Shown: positions 15,404 to 25,242 of the stretch, one piece after another
Position numbering within the stretch: the first letter of the stretch is position 1
How the letters are laid out: each line of letters opens with the position of its first letter
IMG/VR virus record: IMGVR_UViG_3300045999_008996
Span: 62,001-126,000 of that record
Strand: one strand, 5' to 3'
Length of the DNA stretch: 64,000 nt
The notes under the pieces: model-generated
Told to the model about the DNA's origin: nothing
Seen by the model: the letters and a program-made list of their open reading frames with translations, nothing else
Database searches by the model: none
Position numbers and translations under genes: made by a program

Positions 15404-15719
15404 AGTCCCGATTTCTCCAGTCACTTTCATTATCGCGACTGAAGAAATCAATGATGTCATCAGCACCATCAAATCCAGTTCTGTGATTTGATGGGTCTGG
15501 ATCACCCAAATCAAGTGCGTTCATAAAATCATCAAGACTTCCTTCTTGCATATTTGGATTCGCAGCGCGGCGTCTTGCTTGCCTTAACATTGTTGCAGCA
15601 GAGCGATTTGCTTTTGCTAATTTTTCACACCAAATCATATCACTTAACTCTACTGATTCACCTTTTACAATCTTATTACAAATCTCTTCTAATCTCAACC
15701 GATACTGCGTGGAGAGCAT
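15402..15719 (-). CDS. Conserved cyanophage-type hypothetical protein
   Basis: MLSTQYRLRLEEICNKI...MIWCEKLAKAN. Confidence 0.75.
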   Translation of the reverse strand: MLSTQYRLRLEEICNKIVKGESVELSDMIWCEKLAKANRSAATMLRQARRRAANPNMQEGSLDDFMNALDLGDPDPSNHRTGFDGADDIIDFFSRDNESDWRNRD

Positions 15720-15739
15720 ATGTATTATTCAGATAATTT

Positions 15740-15979
15740 TTATTTATTTCTTGATTCTAACTCTTCTTGCAGTTCTTTTGCAAGTTTATATGCGCGTCTC
15801 CACATCAAATACTTTACAATAGGATTTGCAGGATTATGCAATATCCACCATTTAACTTTTTCGTATTCTACTCTTGCAAGTTGAGTGAGCATATAAAACC
15901 CCCTAGCAACTGACTGGTCGGTAAGTATCAAATATGCAATACAAAAGAAAATAATAAAGTAGATATAAGAAACACTCAT
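15740..15979 (-). CDS. Small membrane protein
   Basis: Hydrophobic N-terminus; ORF track. Confidence 0.7.
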   Translation of the reverse strand: MSVSYIYFIIFFCIAYLILTDQSVARGFYMLTQLARVEYEKVKWWILHNPANPIVKYLMWRRAYKLAKELQEELESRNK

Positions 15980-16149
15980 TGTCTTAAAGTCTTGATGTAT
16001 TGTAAAACTTGCTCACGAACTGCCATAAGTTCATGATAACAAAGTTGATTGTGAGCACAGTTACGAAGTTCAGGATCTGGTTTGAGTACACTTTCCTCAA
16101 AAAGAGTCACTCCACGATTCCACTTGTCGATTTGAGATTCTTCAGTCAT
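15976..16149 (-). CDS. Hypothetical protein (57 aa)
   Basis: Manual: MTEESQIDKWNRGVTLFEESVLKPDPELRNCAHNQLCYHELM... Confidence 0.65.
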   Translation of the reverse strand: MTEESQIDKWNRGVTLFEESVLKPDPELRNCAHNQLCYHELMAVREQVLQYIKTLRQ

Positions 16150-16310
16150 TTTTTTACTACTTTAATGGGACAGGAAGGAACAACTTTACGGACTTCTTGA
16201 ATGATTTCAGATTTTTGAACTTCGGTAAGTCCCGCAACACTTACAAGACGGTGAATAATACTCATAACTTGTGTGCATGATATGGTTGTTGTAAGTAACA
16301 GAGCAACCAT
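16146..16310 (-). CDS. Hypothetical protein (54 aa)
   Basis: Manual: MVALLLTTTISCTQV...PSCPIKVVKK; AGGAG RBS; TTAAATA late-like promoter at 16332-16338. Confidence 0.65.
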   Translation of the reverse strand: MVALLLTTTISCTQVMSIIHRLVSVAGLTEVQKSEIIQEVRKVVPSCPIKVVKK

Positions 16311-16361
16311 AGTTTTCTCCTATTCTACTACTATTTAAGGCAGTTTATAATTTTTTAATAT

Positions 16362-16715
16362 TCAATCCCAACTCACATTTTCCAGAAGCACGCCAGGCAT
16401 AATGTATGTCCAACCTGTCCCACCAAGTTTATATTCCCACTTATATTCATATTTGTTATGAGAATCCCAAGTTACAAATCCTTTTTCTTTATCAAATCGG
16501 GATTTAATCGTCAGTGCAAAGCGATTGGAAAAGATATTACGAGTGCGTAGAGCACCATTTGATTCTCGTGTTTCAATTACTACACAAGTATCATCATAAA
16601 ATTCTTGATCCTTTTCAATTCCACATGCAGTTTCATAACGGAATGGACGATGTGTTTCCTGAGCAAATACAGGAGAAGAGAACAGAAGTGCAGCAAGAAC
16701 AATCAGTTTTTTCAT
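16362..16715 (-). CDS. Secreted hypothetical protein
   Basis: Signal peptide MKKLIVLAALLFSSPVFA. Confidence 0.75.
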   Translation of the reverse strand: MKKLIVLAALLFSSPVFAQETHRPFRYETACGIEKDQEFYDDTCVVIETRESNGALRTRNIFSNRFALTIKSRFDKEKGFVTWDSHNKYEYKWEYKLGGTGWTYIMPGVLLENVSWD

Positions 16716-17023
16716 CCAACAACCCTCCAACAAACGACAGCGTTACCTTTTTTTACAGACTGAATGTGAGCAAAAGCAGCATAAGAAAGATCCAAATCAG
16801 CATGAGAATATGGACCTCTATCATTTACACGAACGATAACTTGTTTACCATTATCTTGATTCGTTACCCGTATTTTTGTACCCATAGGTAAATAAGGACT
16901 AGCTGCAGTCCAACGATAAGCGTCAAACCGCTCACCGTTTGCAGTAACTTTTCCATGAAATCCATCTCCTACTCCATAGTATGTAGAAATTCCGCATGTA
17001 AGTGCTGCAATCAATCCAATCAT
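16712..17023 (-). CDS. rlpA: RlpA-like double-psi beta-barrel lytic transglycosylase
   Basis: STYYG..FHGKVTANGERFD...TAA...LPMGT.IRVTN...VIVRVNDRGPY...DLS.AAF. Confidence 0.85.
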   Translation of the reverse strand: MIGLIAALTCGISTYYGVGDGFHGKVTANGERFDAYRWTAASPYLPMGTKIRVTNQDNGKQVIVRVNDRGPYSHADLDLSYAAFAHIQSVKKGNAVVCWRVVG

Positions 17024-17220
17024 TTAATTACTTCCCAATGAGGATCATTTTTTTTATCCATCCAAAAACAGTACTTACGATTAATAGAAACAACAAAGAG
17101 TTGAGTCTCAGTCTCCTGCTCTACCTCCATTGCATGAAGAGAATCCATTTGATTTACAAAGCGATTCTTTGCTTTTGAACTCTTGGGTTGAACGTTAATA
17201 AAGTTTTTCTTGAGTTTCAT
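17020..17220 (-). CDS. Hypothetical protein
   Basis: ORF track. Confidence 0.7.
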   Translation of the reverse strand: MKLKKNFINVQPKSSKAKNRFVNQMDSLHAMEVEQETETQLFVVSINRKYCFWMDKKNDPHWEVIK

Positions 17221-17270
17221 TGTGTTTTAAGAGTGTTTAGATGATAGTCATCAAACCCAACAAAGGTAGT

Positions 17271-17699
17271 CTACATGGATTGTTGGGTCTCTGTCAAGTA
17301 GTCTTCGTAATACATTTGTTCAAGTGAGTGTGCTTCTACTTCATGTGGTTGTTCCCAATAATCAAAATCATCACAATTGATATTCTTGTAATACATTTTA
17401 CCCTTACGTTCCTTGAGAATACCTTTTACCCATTGACGAAGATGAATGAGTTCATGTATGATAGTCTTTGTATAAAGTTCTATACTAAGTTTAGGATCAA
17501 TTTCAATCAAAAACTCACGAGGACGATAAATGTTACCAGACACTGAACAATAACCATAAGATTCTTCTCTTCTAAGACCCCTGTGAAGGACCTCTATGGC
17601 AATGTGATGTCTTGGTAGGTACTTGTGAAGGAACCAGGAAACAACGCCCTTACAGCGTCTCCTACGCGCACCATAACCAGTTATATTAAGGTAGTGCAT
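17271..17699 (-). CDS. HExxH zinc metallopeptidase-like protein
   Basis: TIIHELIHLRQW...YWEQPHEVEA. Confidence 0.75.
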   Translation of the reverse strand: MHYLNITGYGARRRRCKGVVSWFLHKYLPRHHIAIEVLHRGLRREESYGYCSVSGNIYRPREFLIEIDPKLSIELYTKTIIHELIHLRQWVKGILKERKGKMYYKNINCDDFDYWEQPHEVEAHSLEQMYYEDYLTETQQSM

Positions 17700-17832
17700 T
17701 AAGCATTAAAAAATCAATTTTAGGACTACCTCAGAAAGTTTTGATGCCCAGTGAATAACCCACACAAAAGATCCAATAAAAATCAATCGGTCCAGACTAG
17801 AATACCTCATTGGTTTCGTTCGGTATGTACCT

Positions 17833-17891
17833 ACTATAAAACCCCACAGGGTCTCTGTGGGGTACTGGTGGACGGTTTTAAAAGTGTCTAC
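17833..17891 (-). promoter_or_regulatory. Repeated promoter/stem-loop motif, copy 6, at the end of the enzyme block
   Basis: TATAGT 17833-17838; 9-bp stem accccacag/ctgtggggt; GTGGACGGTT and AAGTGTC boxes. Confidence 0.6.
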
Positions 17892-19462
17892 TCTGTATCA
17901 AAAAAGAACATTTGCCAGCAGCGGCTGTTTTGCTTAACAGTACCAAAATATTGTGACGCTGAATGAATAGCACTTGCATCAAAAATCACAAGACGATTAT
18001 AAACATTTCCGAGAACATCTACTGGTTCAAATGGTGTTCCATCTAAATGACATCCACCGGGAACATCTTTCCATGCAGCATCCCAACCTTTATCAAAATA
18101 AGTTCTTGCTCTTGTTTGTTTATGGGCATATAAAGTTGTTCCACACTGATAAGGTGCATCTGGAGTGAGATATAGCATTCCTCCCCACTTTTGACTATCA
18201 CAGTGATACACTAATGGTTCTCCAGACCAAGAGATTTGAAATCTTCCATTCATTCCATGTTCTTCCCAAGCAGTAATTTTTCTTCCCATAATCTCTTCAA
18301 ATCTTTGTTTGAGACCTGGAAATAAAAATTGTTGTTCGGTTCTTCTACCAATGAATCCTCTACCAAATCCACCTTCAATATACTCTTGCTTGAGTGCAAA
18401 CTCTCTTACCGCATCTGGATCCTCATAAAAATTATCTACAATCCATGCAGTTGGTTTTGTGATGGACATTAGATTTATTGAAAAAATATTTTTGTTAGAA
18501 TCTGAATCTGGTAGTAAAAATTCTTTAACTTTTGGTAATTTAAAAATTTCTTTCGGGAGATTATCAATAGGATATTTTTTTAAAATAGTATTTTCAAATC
18601 CAGATGGTGGAATTTTTCCTTCTTCTGGAATATCTTCCATCAATCTATCTTGAGTTGTTTGTGAATTATATTTTACATAATTTAAAGATTTAAACTCATC
18701 ATCATAATGAACAAATGATTTTATTTTTTCTACCCGTTTTTCCCCATTACCCATCCAACTAAAATGCCAACCAAGATCTTGTATAATATTTCCATCTTGC
18801 ATTAAATATGTTATTGGTAGTTTATTTAATACACATGATCTAATTTGGGTTGGAGTAGATATCTTTAACTGTTTTTTCGTAGCAAAAAACATTCCACCAT
18901 CCCAAGGTTTGGGTACATTTTCATTTTTTAAATAAACTCTAAGATCTGCTCTTCCTTCAAGATATACTAATGGAATTTTAATAATAAAATCTTGATTTTG
19001 TCTGCACATAGAAGAAATCCATTCAATAGATTCTGGTTTTACAATCTCATCGGAATCGCTATGAATAAAAACAGTATCATCATCATATTCTTCAATAACA
19101 GATAATAAAGAATCTTTTTGCATTCTTTCTCTTACTCTACCTCTCAAAGAATTTAAATTCTTTTCATTTATATTGGAGGTGAAATCATAGTTTTCTGAGC
19201 AATTATATCTGTCAATGTCCTCAATCACTAAATCAGAATCTTCTGGTATTTTTAAATCTATAATTTTAATTTTTTCTTTTGGCAAATTTAATTCTTCAAT
19301 TCTATTTCTTAAAGTATATTCAATTGGTATCCCACTTTGAGTTTTATTAGATTCGCAAATTATAAATTCATCTACATGATCTTTTAATATGTTAATTCTC
19401 AATTCAAGAAGTTCTTTTCCTGTAGGATCAAAATAAGGAAAAAAGTCTACAATTTTTTTCAT
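17888..19462 (-). CDS. GT17-like glycosyltransferase fused to DUF6445-like 2OG-Fe(II) oxygenase
   Basis: E.LELR...VDEFIICESN.T.SG, SDSDEI, GWHFSWMG; C-terminal IVDNFYEDPD.VR, HCD, YNRLVIFD..AIHSA, R..Q.FFF. Confidence 0.8.
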   Translation of the reverse strand: MKKIVDFFPYFDPTGKELLELRINILKDHVDEFIICESNKTQSGIPIEYTLRNRIEELNLPKEKIKIIDLKIPEDSDLVIEDIDRYNCSENYDFTSNINEKNLNSLRGRVRERMQKDSLLSVIEEYDDDTVFIHSDSDEIVKPESIEWISSMCRQNQDFIIKIPLVYLEGRADLRVYLKNENVPKPWDGGMFFATKKQLKISTPTQIRSCVLNKLPITYLMQDGNIIQDLGWHFSWMGNGEKRVEKIKSFVHYDDEFKSLNYVKYNSQTTQDRLMEDIPEEGKIPPSGFENTILKKYPIDNLPKEIFKLPKVKEFLLPDSDSNKNIFSINLMSITKPTAWIVDNFYEDPDAVREFALKQEYIEGGFGRGFIGRRTEQQFLFPGLKQRFEEIMGRKITAWEEHGMNGRFQISWSGEPLVYHCDSQKWGGMLYLTPDAPYQCGTTLYAHKQTRARTYFDKGWDAAWKDVPGGCHLDGTPFEPVDVLGNVYNRLVIFDASAIHSASQYFGTVKQNSRCWQMFFFDTE

Positions 19463-20577
19463 ACTCTTTCAATTACAGTGAGACCATTATTGTTTGTTTT
19501 GTGAATTTTAAATCTCCATTCTGGATTCTCAATTAGGAATTCAATAATTGCTGGAAGAAGTCCAATTGGTTTTTCTTTGTATCCATTTTCTGTTGTAATA
19601 GAATATGGTTCTCCGTCAATCCCAAAAGTATGAGTATCATGAAATGCAATATATTTTCTAACTTTTTGCGGATGAATTTTAAGTTCTTGTTTTAGTTGAT
19701 CATAACAATGCCAAGTATCAATAAACAAAAGATCAGTTTCTTCTATTTCAATATCTAAAACATTTGCTTGAATATAATTCACATCTTTTCCAAATTGTTT
19801 TGCTTTATTGAAAAGATCATTAACCTCATCATCAATATAAAGATCATAAGATCTTAAAATTGTATCAGTATTTAAGAATGCTCTAGTACTTACTCCAGTT
19901 CTAACTCCCATTTCAGTAACATGTTTACATTCTTTGGCGAGATTAAAAAGAATTGGAAGATTTTCGCTAATATCTGAAAATGTCTCACACGCTTTTTTAT
20001 ATTCTAATTCAAAATATTTACTATTTACAATATTAAGTTTATTCATATTTTCCAATATAATGTTTTTATGAGTTTCAGTAAAATTTAAAAATTCATTTTT
20101 GTACAAATAGTCGAATAAATCTCTACTTTCTTGACCTTTTCCCCAATTCCAAGATGAAGTTGCTTTTTGGAAAATCAGCAAATGTTTACCATCATACTCT
20201 GGAATATTGATTGATACTATATCTTTTTCGTAACATTTTATTCCGAGCGTAGAATAAATGTAACAGTTTTGCCATTCTCCTTTCTTTTCATAAAGTAAAG
20301 AAAGGAAATAATATGCTTCTGGTCTTTCTGGAAGAAGCACTAGTGCATTTTCTAGTAATATTTTTTCTGTCGTGTCTCTTGAACCCTGAGACTTATAACA
20401 GAATGAAGCATGAATTAATGCACGATAGACAAGAATATTGTCTTCTGCTCTTTCTGCTGCTCTTAAGTAATAGGTGTGAGCAGGAGCAGTGTGTCCTTGT
20501 CTTTCATACCATTGTGCAAGATTATAATTCTTCTCGCCGTTTTCAGTATCTAAACTAAATTCAATCAGTTCATTCAT
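19459..20577 (-). CDS. TPR domain plus class I SAM methyltransferase (Methyltransf_24-like)
   Basis: YNLAQWY...PERPEAYYFLS; EMGVRTGVST, LLFIDTWH, IAFHDT. Confidence 0.8.
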   Translation of the reverse strand: MNELIEFSLDTENGEKNYNLAQWYERQGHTAPAHTYYLRAAERAEDNILVYRALIHASFCYKSQGSRDTTEKILLENALVLLPERPEAYYFLSLLYEKKGEWQNCYIYSTLGIKCYEKDIVSINIPEYDGKHLLIFQKATSSWNWGKGQESRDLFDYLYKNEFLNFTETHKNIILENMNKLNIVNSKYFELEYKKACETFSDISENLPILFNLAKECKHVTEMGVRTGVSTRAFLNTDTILRSYDLYIDDEVNDLFNKAKQFGKDVNYIQANVLDIEIEETDLLFIDTWHCYDQLKQELKIHPQKVRKYIAFHDTHTFGIDGEPYSITTENGYKEKPIGLLPAIIEFLIENPEWRFKIHKTNNNGLTVIERV

Positions 20578-21544
20578 TGATAAATTCCTCCACGAAAGAT
20601 TTTGAAATTCTTAAAATATAAGCAGTATTATCTTGTGCTCCGAAGGTGATTAGAAAATCATCTTTATGTCGTGCTAAACCACAAGAGAATTCGATTTTCA
20701 TATTCATAAATGAGAATAGAGGAGAGAACTTTTGGTTCTTAAAGTTCTTATCCCAAAAAACAAAACGATGGCGATATGTAGCGTCTTTTCTTCCTTGCTC
20801 ACTATTATATAAATCCGTCTCGTGAATAAGAGTTAAATAACCGCCATTATACTCAATAACTTGAGAACCTCCCCTCATATCATTGAAGTTTGGTTTGTAT
20901 TCTGTTGTTTCAAAAATTTCAGTTTCTCCACCATTTGGGTCGAATTTCATCAATGCAGTTGGATTTGTCCACTTTAGCAAATGAAAGGGTTTTCCTTCAA
21001 TTGGAGTGCAATTTTTCATACAATATTCATTGTCAGGTGGAGGTCCTGGAATTCTGTGCCTTGAAACTTCCTTGACTTCGGTGTCAGTGAAATCAAGACC
21101 CGAAAGTTCCATCCTCCCAGTCCCAATAGTATCTAAATCTCTTCTTACACCAATTCCATATATCTTACCTTCCCATTGAATAAGACGAACATCTTCTAAA
21201 CCAACAAATTCCCATTGAGGGGGATATGTATCAAATTGAGAAGTATCGATTTTTGTATAATGGACAACATCTAAATTATCATCCAATTCTGCAATATAAT
21301 TTGTAGTTCTCAAGTGCATATCATTCTCTGGGTGAATATATGATAGAGGTCCCCAGAGATGTTCAAATTTGTTGAGTTCTGAATGATAAAGAGTATAATT
21401 AACGTTTCGGATATTAACTAAAATCTTATCATTAACTACAAGAACTGATGGATTAGTAAGTGAAGGTCCAGAAAGATCTTGTGGATGTATGAGCAATGGT
21501 TTGATTAAACCACCATTTTCTAGTGCAAGTTTTACAAAATTCAT
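20570..21544 (-). CDS. Five-bladed beta-propeller glycoside hydrolase/phosphorylase-like protein (GH130-like)
   Basis: NPSV...RNVNY...GLEDVRL...KN...RGG. Confidence 0.65.
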   Translation of the reverse strand: MNFVKLALENGGLIKPLLIHPQDLSGPSLTNPSVLVVNDKILVNIRNVNYTLYHSELNKFEHLWGPLSYIHPENDMHLRTTNYIAELDDNLDVVHYTKIDTSQFDTYPPQWEFVGLEDVRLIQWEGKIYGIGVRRDLDTIGTGRMELSGLDFTDTEVKEVSRHRIPGPPPDNEYCMKNCTPIEGKPFHLLKWTNPTALMKFDPNGGETEIFETTEYKPNFNDMRGGSQVIEYNGGYLTLIHETDLYNSEQGRKDATYRHRFVFWDKNFKNQKFSPLFSFMNMKIEFSCGLARHKDDFLITFGAQDNTAYILRISKSFVEEFINE

Positions 21545-21586
21545 AGCAAAGATTTCTGTTTTATATGTTTAAATTGTTTGTTGATA

Positions 21587-21952
21587 CTATTTATTTTCCG
21601 TCAGAGAAGAGATATGCTCTTGACACATTTGAATGTCTTGCTCGATAAAACCTATCTGTTCTTGGATATTGGCATACTCTTTTGAATCTTCTTGATATTG
21701 AGAAAGTTGTTCTGTAAGAGATGTGATGTTTTGTTGATTATTTGCAATTCTTGCTTGGTGCTGCTCAATATCCCATTCTACTGTATATGGAGGTGGAGTT
21801 GGATGAGTGATAGTTGCTTCAATTTCAAAACTTCCACCTTTCTCGTCAATCAATGCCTGAACTTCTTCGAGAGTGTATCCAGTTTGATTATTAGAGTCAG
21901 CAGTTAAGTAATAAAGATGATTTAGTGGTAAAGTTAGTGTTGTAGTTTGCAT
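21587..21952 (-). CDS. Coiled-coil hypothetical protein
   Basis: Start MQTTTLTL by TGATG overlap; Gln-rich heptads. Confidence 0.7.
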   Translation of the reverse strand: MQTTTLTLPLNHLYYLTADSNNQTGYTLEEVQALIDEKGGSFEIEATITHPTPPPYTVEWDIEQHQARIANNQQNITSLTEQLSQYQEDSKEYANIQEQIGFIEQDIQMCQEHISSLTENK

Positions 21953-22980
21953 CAAAATTTCCTCCAAAGTTCTTTTGAAAATTGTACCCAGTCTTCTACT
22001 CTGGTTTCCCAACTATAATATTTATTACAAATCTCCACTTGTTGATTATTGTCAAATTTACCTTCACGATACTCTGTGATTGTTCTTTTAAGTTCTCTAG
22101 TAAATCGTTCAATATGTTTATTACGATCTGGAACAAACCCATAATGTCTTGCAAATCCAAGACCTGTTTCGGGAAGTGCAGCAAGATTACTAGAAAGTAC
22201 AGAACACCCAGCACATAGTGCTTCAATCATACAAATACAAGATGTTTCCATAAAGTAAGTTGGATAAGCAAAGATATGAGTATTCAAGAGTTGTTCTCTA
22301 ATCTTGGAGTTATTAGTTCTTGTATGGCGCACAACTCTTTTATCTTCATTCGCAAGTTTTAGACAATACCGAAGAAACTGCTCTTCTTGTGGATTGATAT
22401 GGGAATATTCATAAGTCTGTAGTCCTTGATGATATTGTTTCTTTCTTTCATCAGGGTCAAGTTCATGAAAGATATGAAGTTCAAAGTCTTCTTCTGGAAT
22501 AAGTTTAATAGATTCAAGAAGAATATCCAAACCACGAATAGGATTTGAATGAAACATCAGTTGAAGTTTTCCTTCAGGTTTTTTATGAACAGGAAATGGT
22601 TGTGTCGCATTTTTAAGAACAAAACACTTTTCCATTGGAAGTTGAAGTCTTTCACCAAACCTTTCATATTGCCAGTTGGAAACAAAAACATATGCCTTGA
22701 AGTGCTTTTGAAATTCTTTATCCAGAAGTCTCTCAATACCCTCTTCCATATGATGAGGATGTAACCAGACAATATTAGAACTATCAGGAGACAGAGTATT
22801 ATCACCTGGAATCACACACCAGTGCCAGTCAGCAAGGTCTGGAGCAGCAGGAAGAACATAATCCTGCCAAGCACGTCCCATAATTTCAGTACCACCTACG
22901 CCATCAGGATTAAGAACTGCCTCAAGAAGAGGTGGCATATTGTTATGCAAGTATTCTAATTTTGTAATAACCTCTTTCAT
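21952..22980 (-). CDS. GT-B (GT4-like) glycosyltransferase
   Basis: GGTE, VFVSNWQ, RGLDIL, YPTYFMETSCICMIEA. Confidence 0.85.
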   Translation of the reverse strand: MKEVITKLEYLHNNMPPLLEAVLNPDGVGGTEIMGRAWQDYVLPAAPDLADWHWCVIPGDNTLSPDSSNIVWLHPHHMEEGIERLLDKEFQKHFKAYVFVSNWQYERFGERLQLPMEKCFVLKNATQPFPVHKKPEGKLQLMFHSNPIRGLDILLESIKLIPEEDFELHIFHELDPDERKKQYHQGLQTYEYSHINPQEEQFLRYCLKLANEDKRVVRHTRTNNSKIREQLLNTHIFAYPTYFMETSCICMIEALCAGCSVLSSNLAALPETGLGFARHYGFVPDRNKHIERFTRELKRTITEYREGKFDNNQQVEICNKYYSWETRVEDWVQFSKELWRKF

Positions 22981-23819
22981 AATACCTCTTTCAAAAAGTT
23001 TTCCATTGGAGATTTTTTAAATATTTCTAAACCTTTTTCTGCTTGAGCATCAAGTTCTTCTGGTTTTTTAAGAAGTTTGTATGCAGTATCAACAAAACGA
23101 TTATAGGTTGAAGTGAACGTTGTTCCTTCCATATAATCTGGAAAGTCCGTATCTGGATTTCTTTCGCAAAGAACAGGAACCTTATTTTGAATGAGATGTG
23201 TAATTCTTACCATTTCAAAGATTTGATTATCATGATTATGGAGATTAATCACTAACTTTGCCCTCTTAATCAGTTCATCTCTTGCATCACCATAAGTTGA
23301 TTGAACCGCAACAAAATTAATCTTTTTGTTGTCGGCAAACTGTTTCATAATATGCTCTCTCCTTGGAGATGGGGAGAGATAAGCAAGAATATCAATATCC
23401 CTATCCTCTGGTTTATTTCTTTCAAAATAAGAGATTTCAGGAACATATCCAATCTTGAAATGTTTAATGTTTTCTACACCCACTTTACGAAGAACTTCAA
23501 CGTTTCTCATAGAGTAGTCCCACACCTCAAGACCTCTATATTTTTTACACCATCTTAAACATTCTGGTTGTTCTTTCATTTGTTCCAAAGAATATACAAT
23601 TGTATTCTTTGGAATATCATGTCTCACTACATCTACAGGACAATGGTGCATTCCAAATACAATATTTCTTCGGTCTGGTACAAAATCATTTACACTATTC
23701 GTTACATCATATCCCAACCTTTGAAGAGAAAAGAATACTGCTGCTTCAATCTCATGAAAAACTTCTGCATGAACATTAAAATGATTATCAGGTACAATTC
23801 TTACCAAATTAAATTTCAT
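22977..23819 (-). CDS. Putative GT-B glycosyltransferase-like protein
   Basis: VWDYS..N, SPRR, YGDARDELIKRAKLVINLH, FEMVRI. Confidence 0.65.
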   Translation of the reverse strand: MKFNLVRIVPDNHFNVHAEVFHEIEAAVFFSLQRLGYDVTNSVNDFVPDRRNIVFGMHHCPVDVVRHDIPKNTIVYSLEQMKEQPECLRWCKKYRGLEVWDYSMRNVEVLRKVGVENIKHFKIGYVPEISYFERNKPEDRDIDILAYLSPSPRREHIMKQFADNKKINFVAVQSTYGDARDELIKRAKLVINLHNHDNQIFEMVRITHLIQNKVPVLCERNPDTDFPDYMEGTTFTSTYNRFVDTAYKLLKKPEELDAQAEKGLEIFKKSPMENFLKEVL

Positions 23820-25242
23820 TAATGAATTCTCCAAAATTCTTTTTAATTTCACTTATAAGATTTATATCTTTAGAAACTACACCTAATCCGTTGCAATGAC
23901 CAAAGTTAGTTTTTGGTAACTTAATTTCTTTAAAAAATTTATTAACACCAAATTCTGAATTGTCAACCATTGTATCGTGCATAAGAACTATTCCATTTTC
24001 TTTTAAAAATGGAGTCCATTTTTCAAAATCATTCTTAACTGATTTGTAATCGTGCATTCCATCAATATGAAGAATATCAATTGGTTTATCCCAAGTCTTA
24101 ACTACATCATCAAAGTATCCCTTAATAAATGTAATGTTATTCAGTTCTAATTCTTTTTGTTTTTCTAAAACATAATCATAAGTATTTCTTACTCCCGCAA
24201 ATGGATCTCCTTCAAAACTATCAATTCCGAAGATTTGACCTTGATTTGAAAGAGCAAAGCAGAATGTGGAATAAGCATAATCAACACCTAAATCAACAAC
24301 TGTTTCTGGTTGAACTCTACGAACTAACCAGTCAGCAAACATCCTATGGTCTCTCCAATTAAAGTTATTTTGACTTCCAACTTCCATTAGAATATCTAAC
24401 TTATTTTTTACATAAGTATTTTCATCCTTTTCCACATCATTACGATACATTTCTGGTGGATAATATGTAAAATATCTTTCCAACCCCTGATTATCATATT
24501 GATGATGACGACGATAGTGAAAACAATATTGTTTTGGAATCCCTGTTGCCATCCAAAGTTCAAAGCAATAACGATAGTTTTGTAGTTCTCTCATCATTGC
24601 CTCTACATCCATATACTCTTCAATCTTGAGTGGATGCTTCAGTTTGCGGATGTAATCATTTCGTGCCCACCAGAAGTTTCCAGCATAATGCTGAACAACA
24701 AAATCAAGTTTAATATCGTGTCTTTCTACCCAATCAACACCACAACAATCGTAACCTTCATCTAATTTTGCAATGCAGTCTTCCCACTTTTCAATATTAT
24801 AATACTGCATGTAATGTCTCCAGTCCTTAATCGCACCAGGAATATGCGTTGAGTATGAACTTATTCCTTTATTATGAAAATAAAAAACATACCCATCATC
24901 TTCAAGGCAGTGCTCATAAATTTTGGCGAGAGTTTGACCCTCATAGAAGTTTGGTTGTTCACCTACATTTCTCATATCAATGATATTCACAAATGGAAAT
25001 CTATCTTTGATATATCCAGTCACCATTTGATCATATGAGTGACCTGTCTTGGAGTTATAAAGTCCAAGGGGCAAGGTGATACACATGTTGATGGTTGCTT
25101 TATCTGCAAGTCCTGCAGATTTAAGCAGTCCCATTTGTTCATCTATCCACCAAATCCACATATTATTTGTATCGGGAATAAACAAATGATAAAATACTGT
25201 TATGGTTTTTTTAATTTTCTTTTCGTTTTTATAGTTCAACAT
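23809..25242 (-). CDS. Putative glycan-modifying domain fused to SAM methyltransferase
   Basis: YFHNKG...HYAGNFWW...FELW N-domain; VDLGVD, IDILHIDGMH, VLMHD C-domain. Confidence 0.75.
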   Translation of the reverse strand: MLNYKNEKKIKKTITVFYHLFIPDTNNMWIWWIDEQMGLLKSAGLADKATINMCITLPLGLYNSKTGHSYDQMVTGYIKDRFPFVNIIDMRNVGEQPNFYEGQTLAKIYEHCLEDDGYVFYFHNKGISSYSTHIPGAIKDWRHYMQYYNIEKWEDCIAKLDEGYDCCGVDWVERHDIKLDFVVQHYAGNFWWARNDYIRKLKHPLKIEEYMDVEAMMRELQNYRYCFELWMATGIPKQYCFHYRRHHQYDNQGLERYFTYYPPEMYRNDVEKDENTYVKNKLDILMEVGSQNNFNWRDHRMFADWLVRRVQPETVVDLGVDYAYSTFCFALSNQGQIFGIDSFEGDPFAGVRNTYDYVLEKQKELELNNITFIKGYFDDVVKTWDKPIDILHIDGMHDYKSVKNDFEKWTPFLKENGIVLMHDTMVDNSEFGVNKFFKEIKLPKTNFGHCNGLGVVSKDINLISEIKKNFGEFINEI

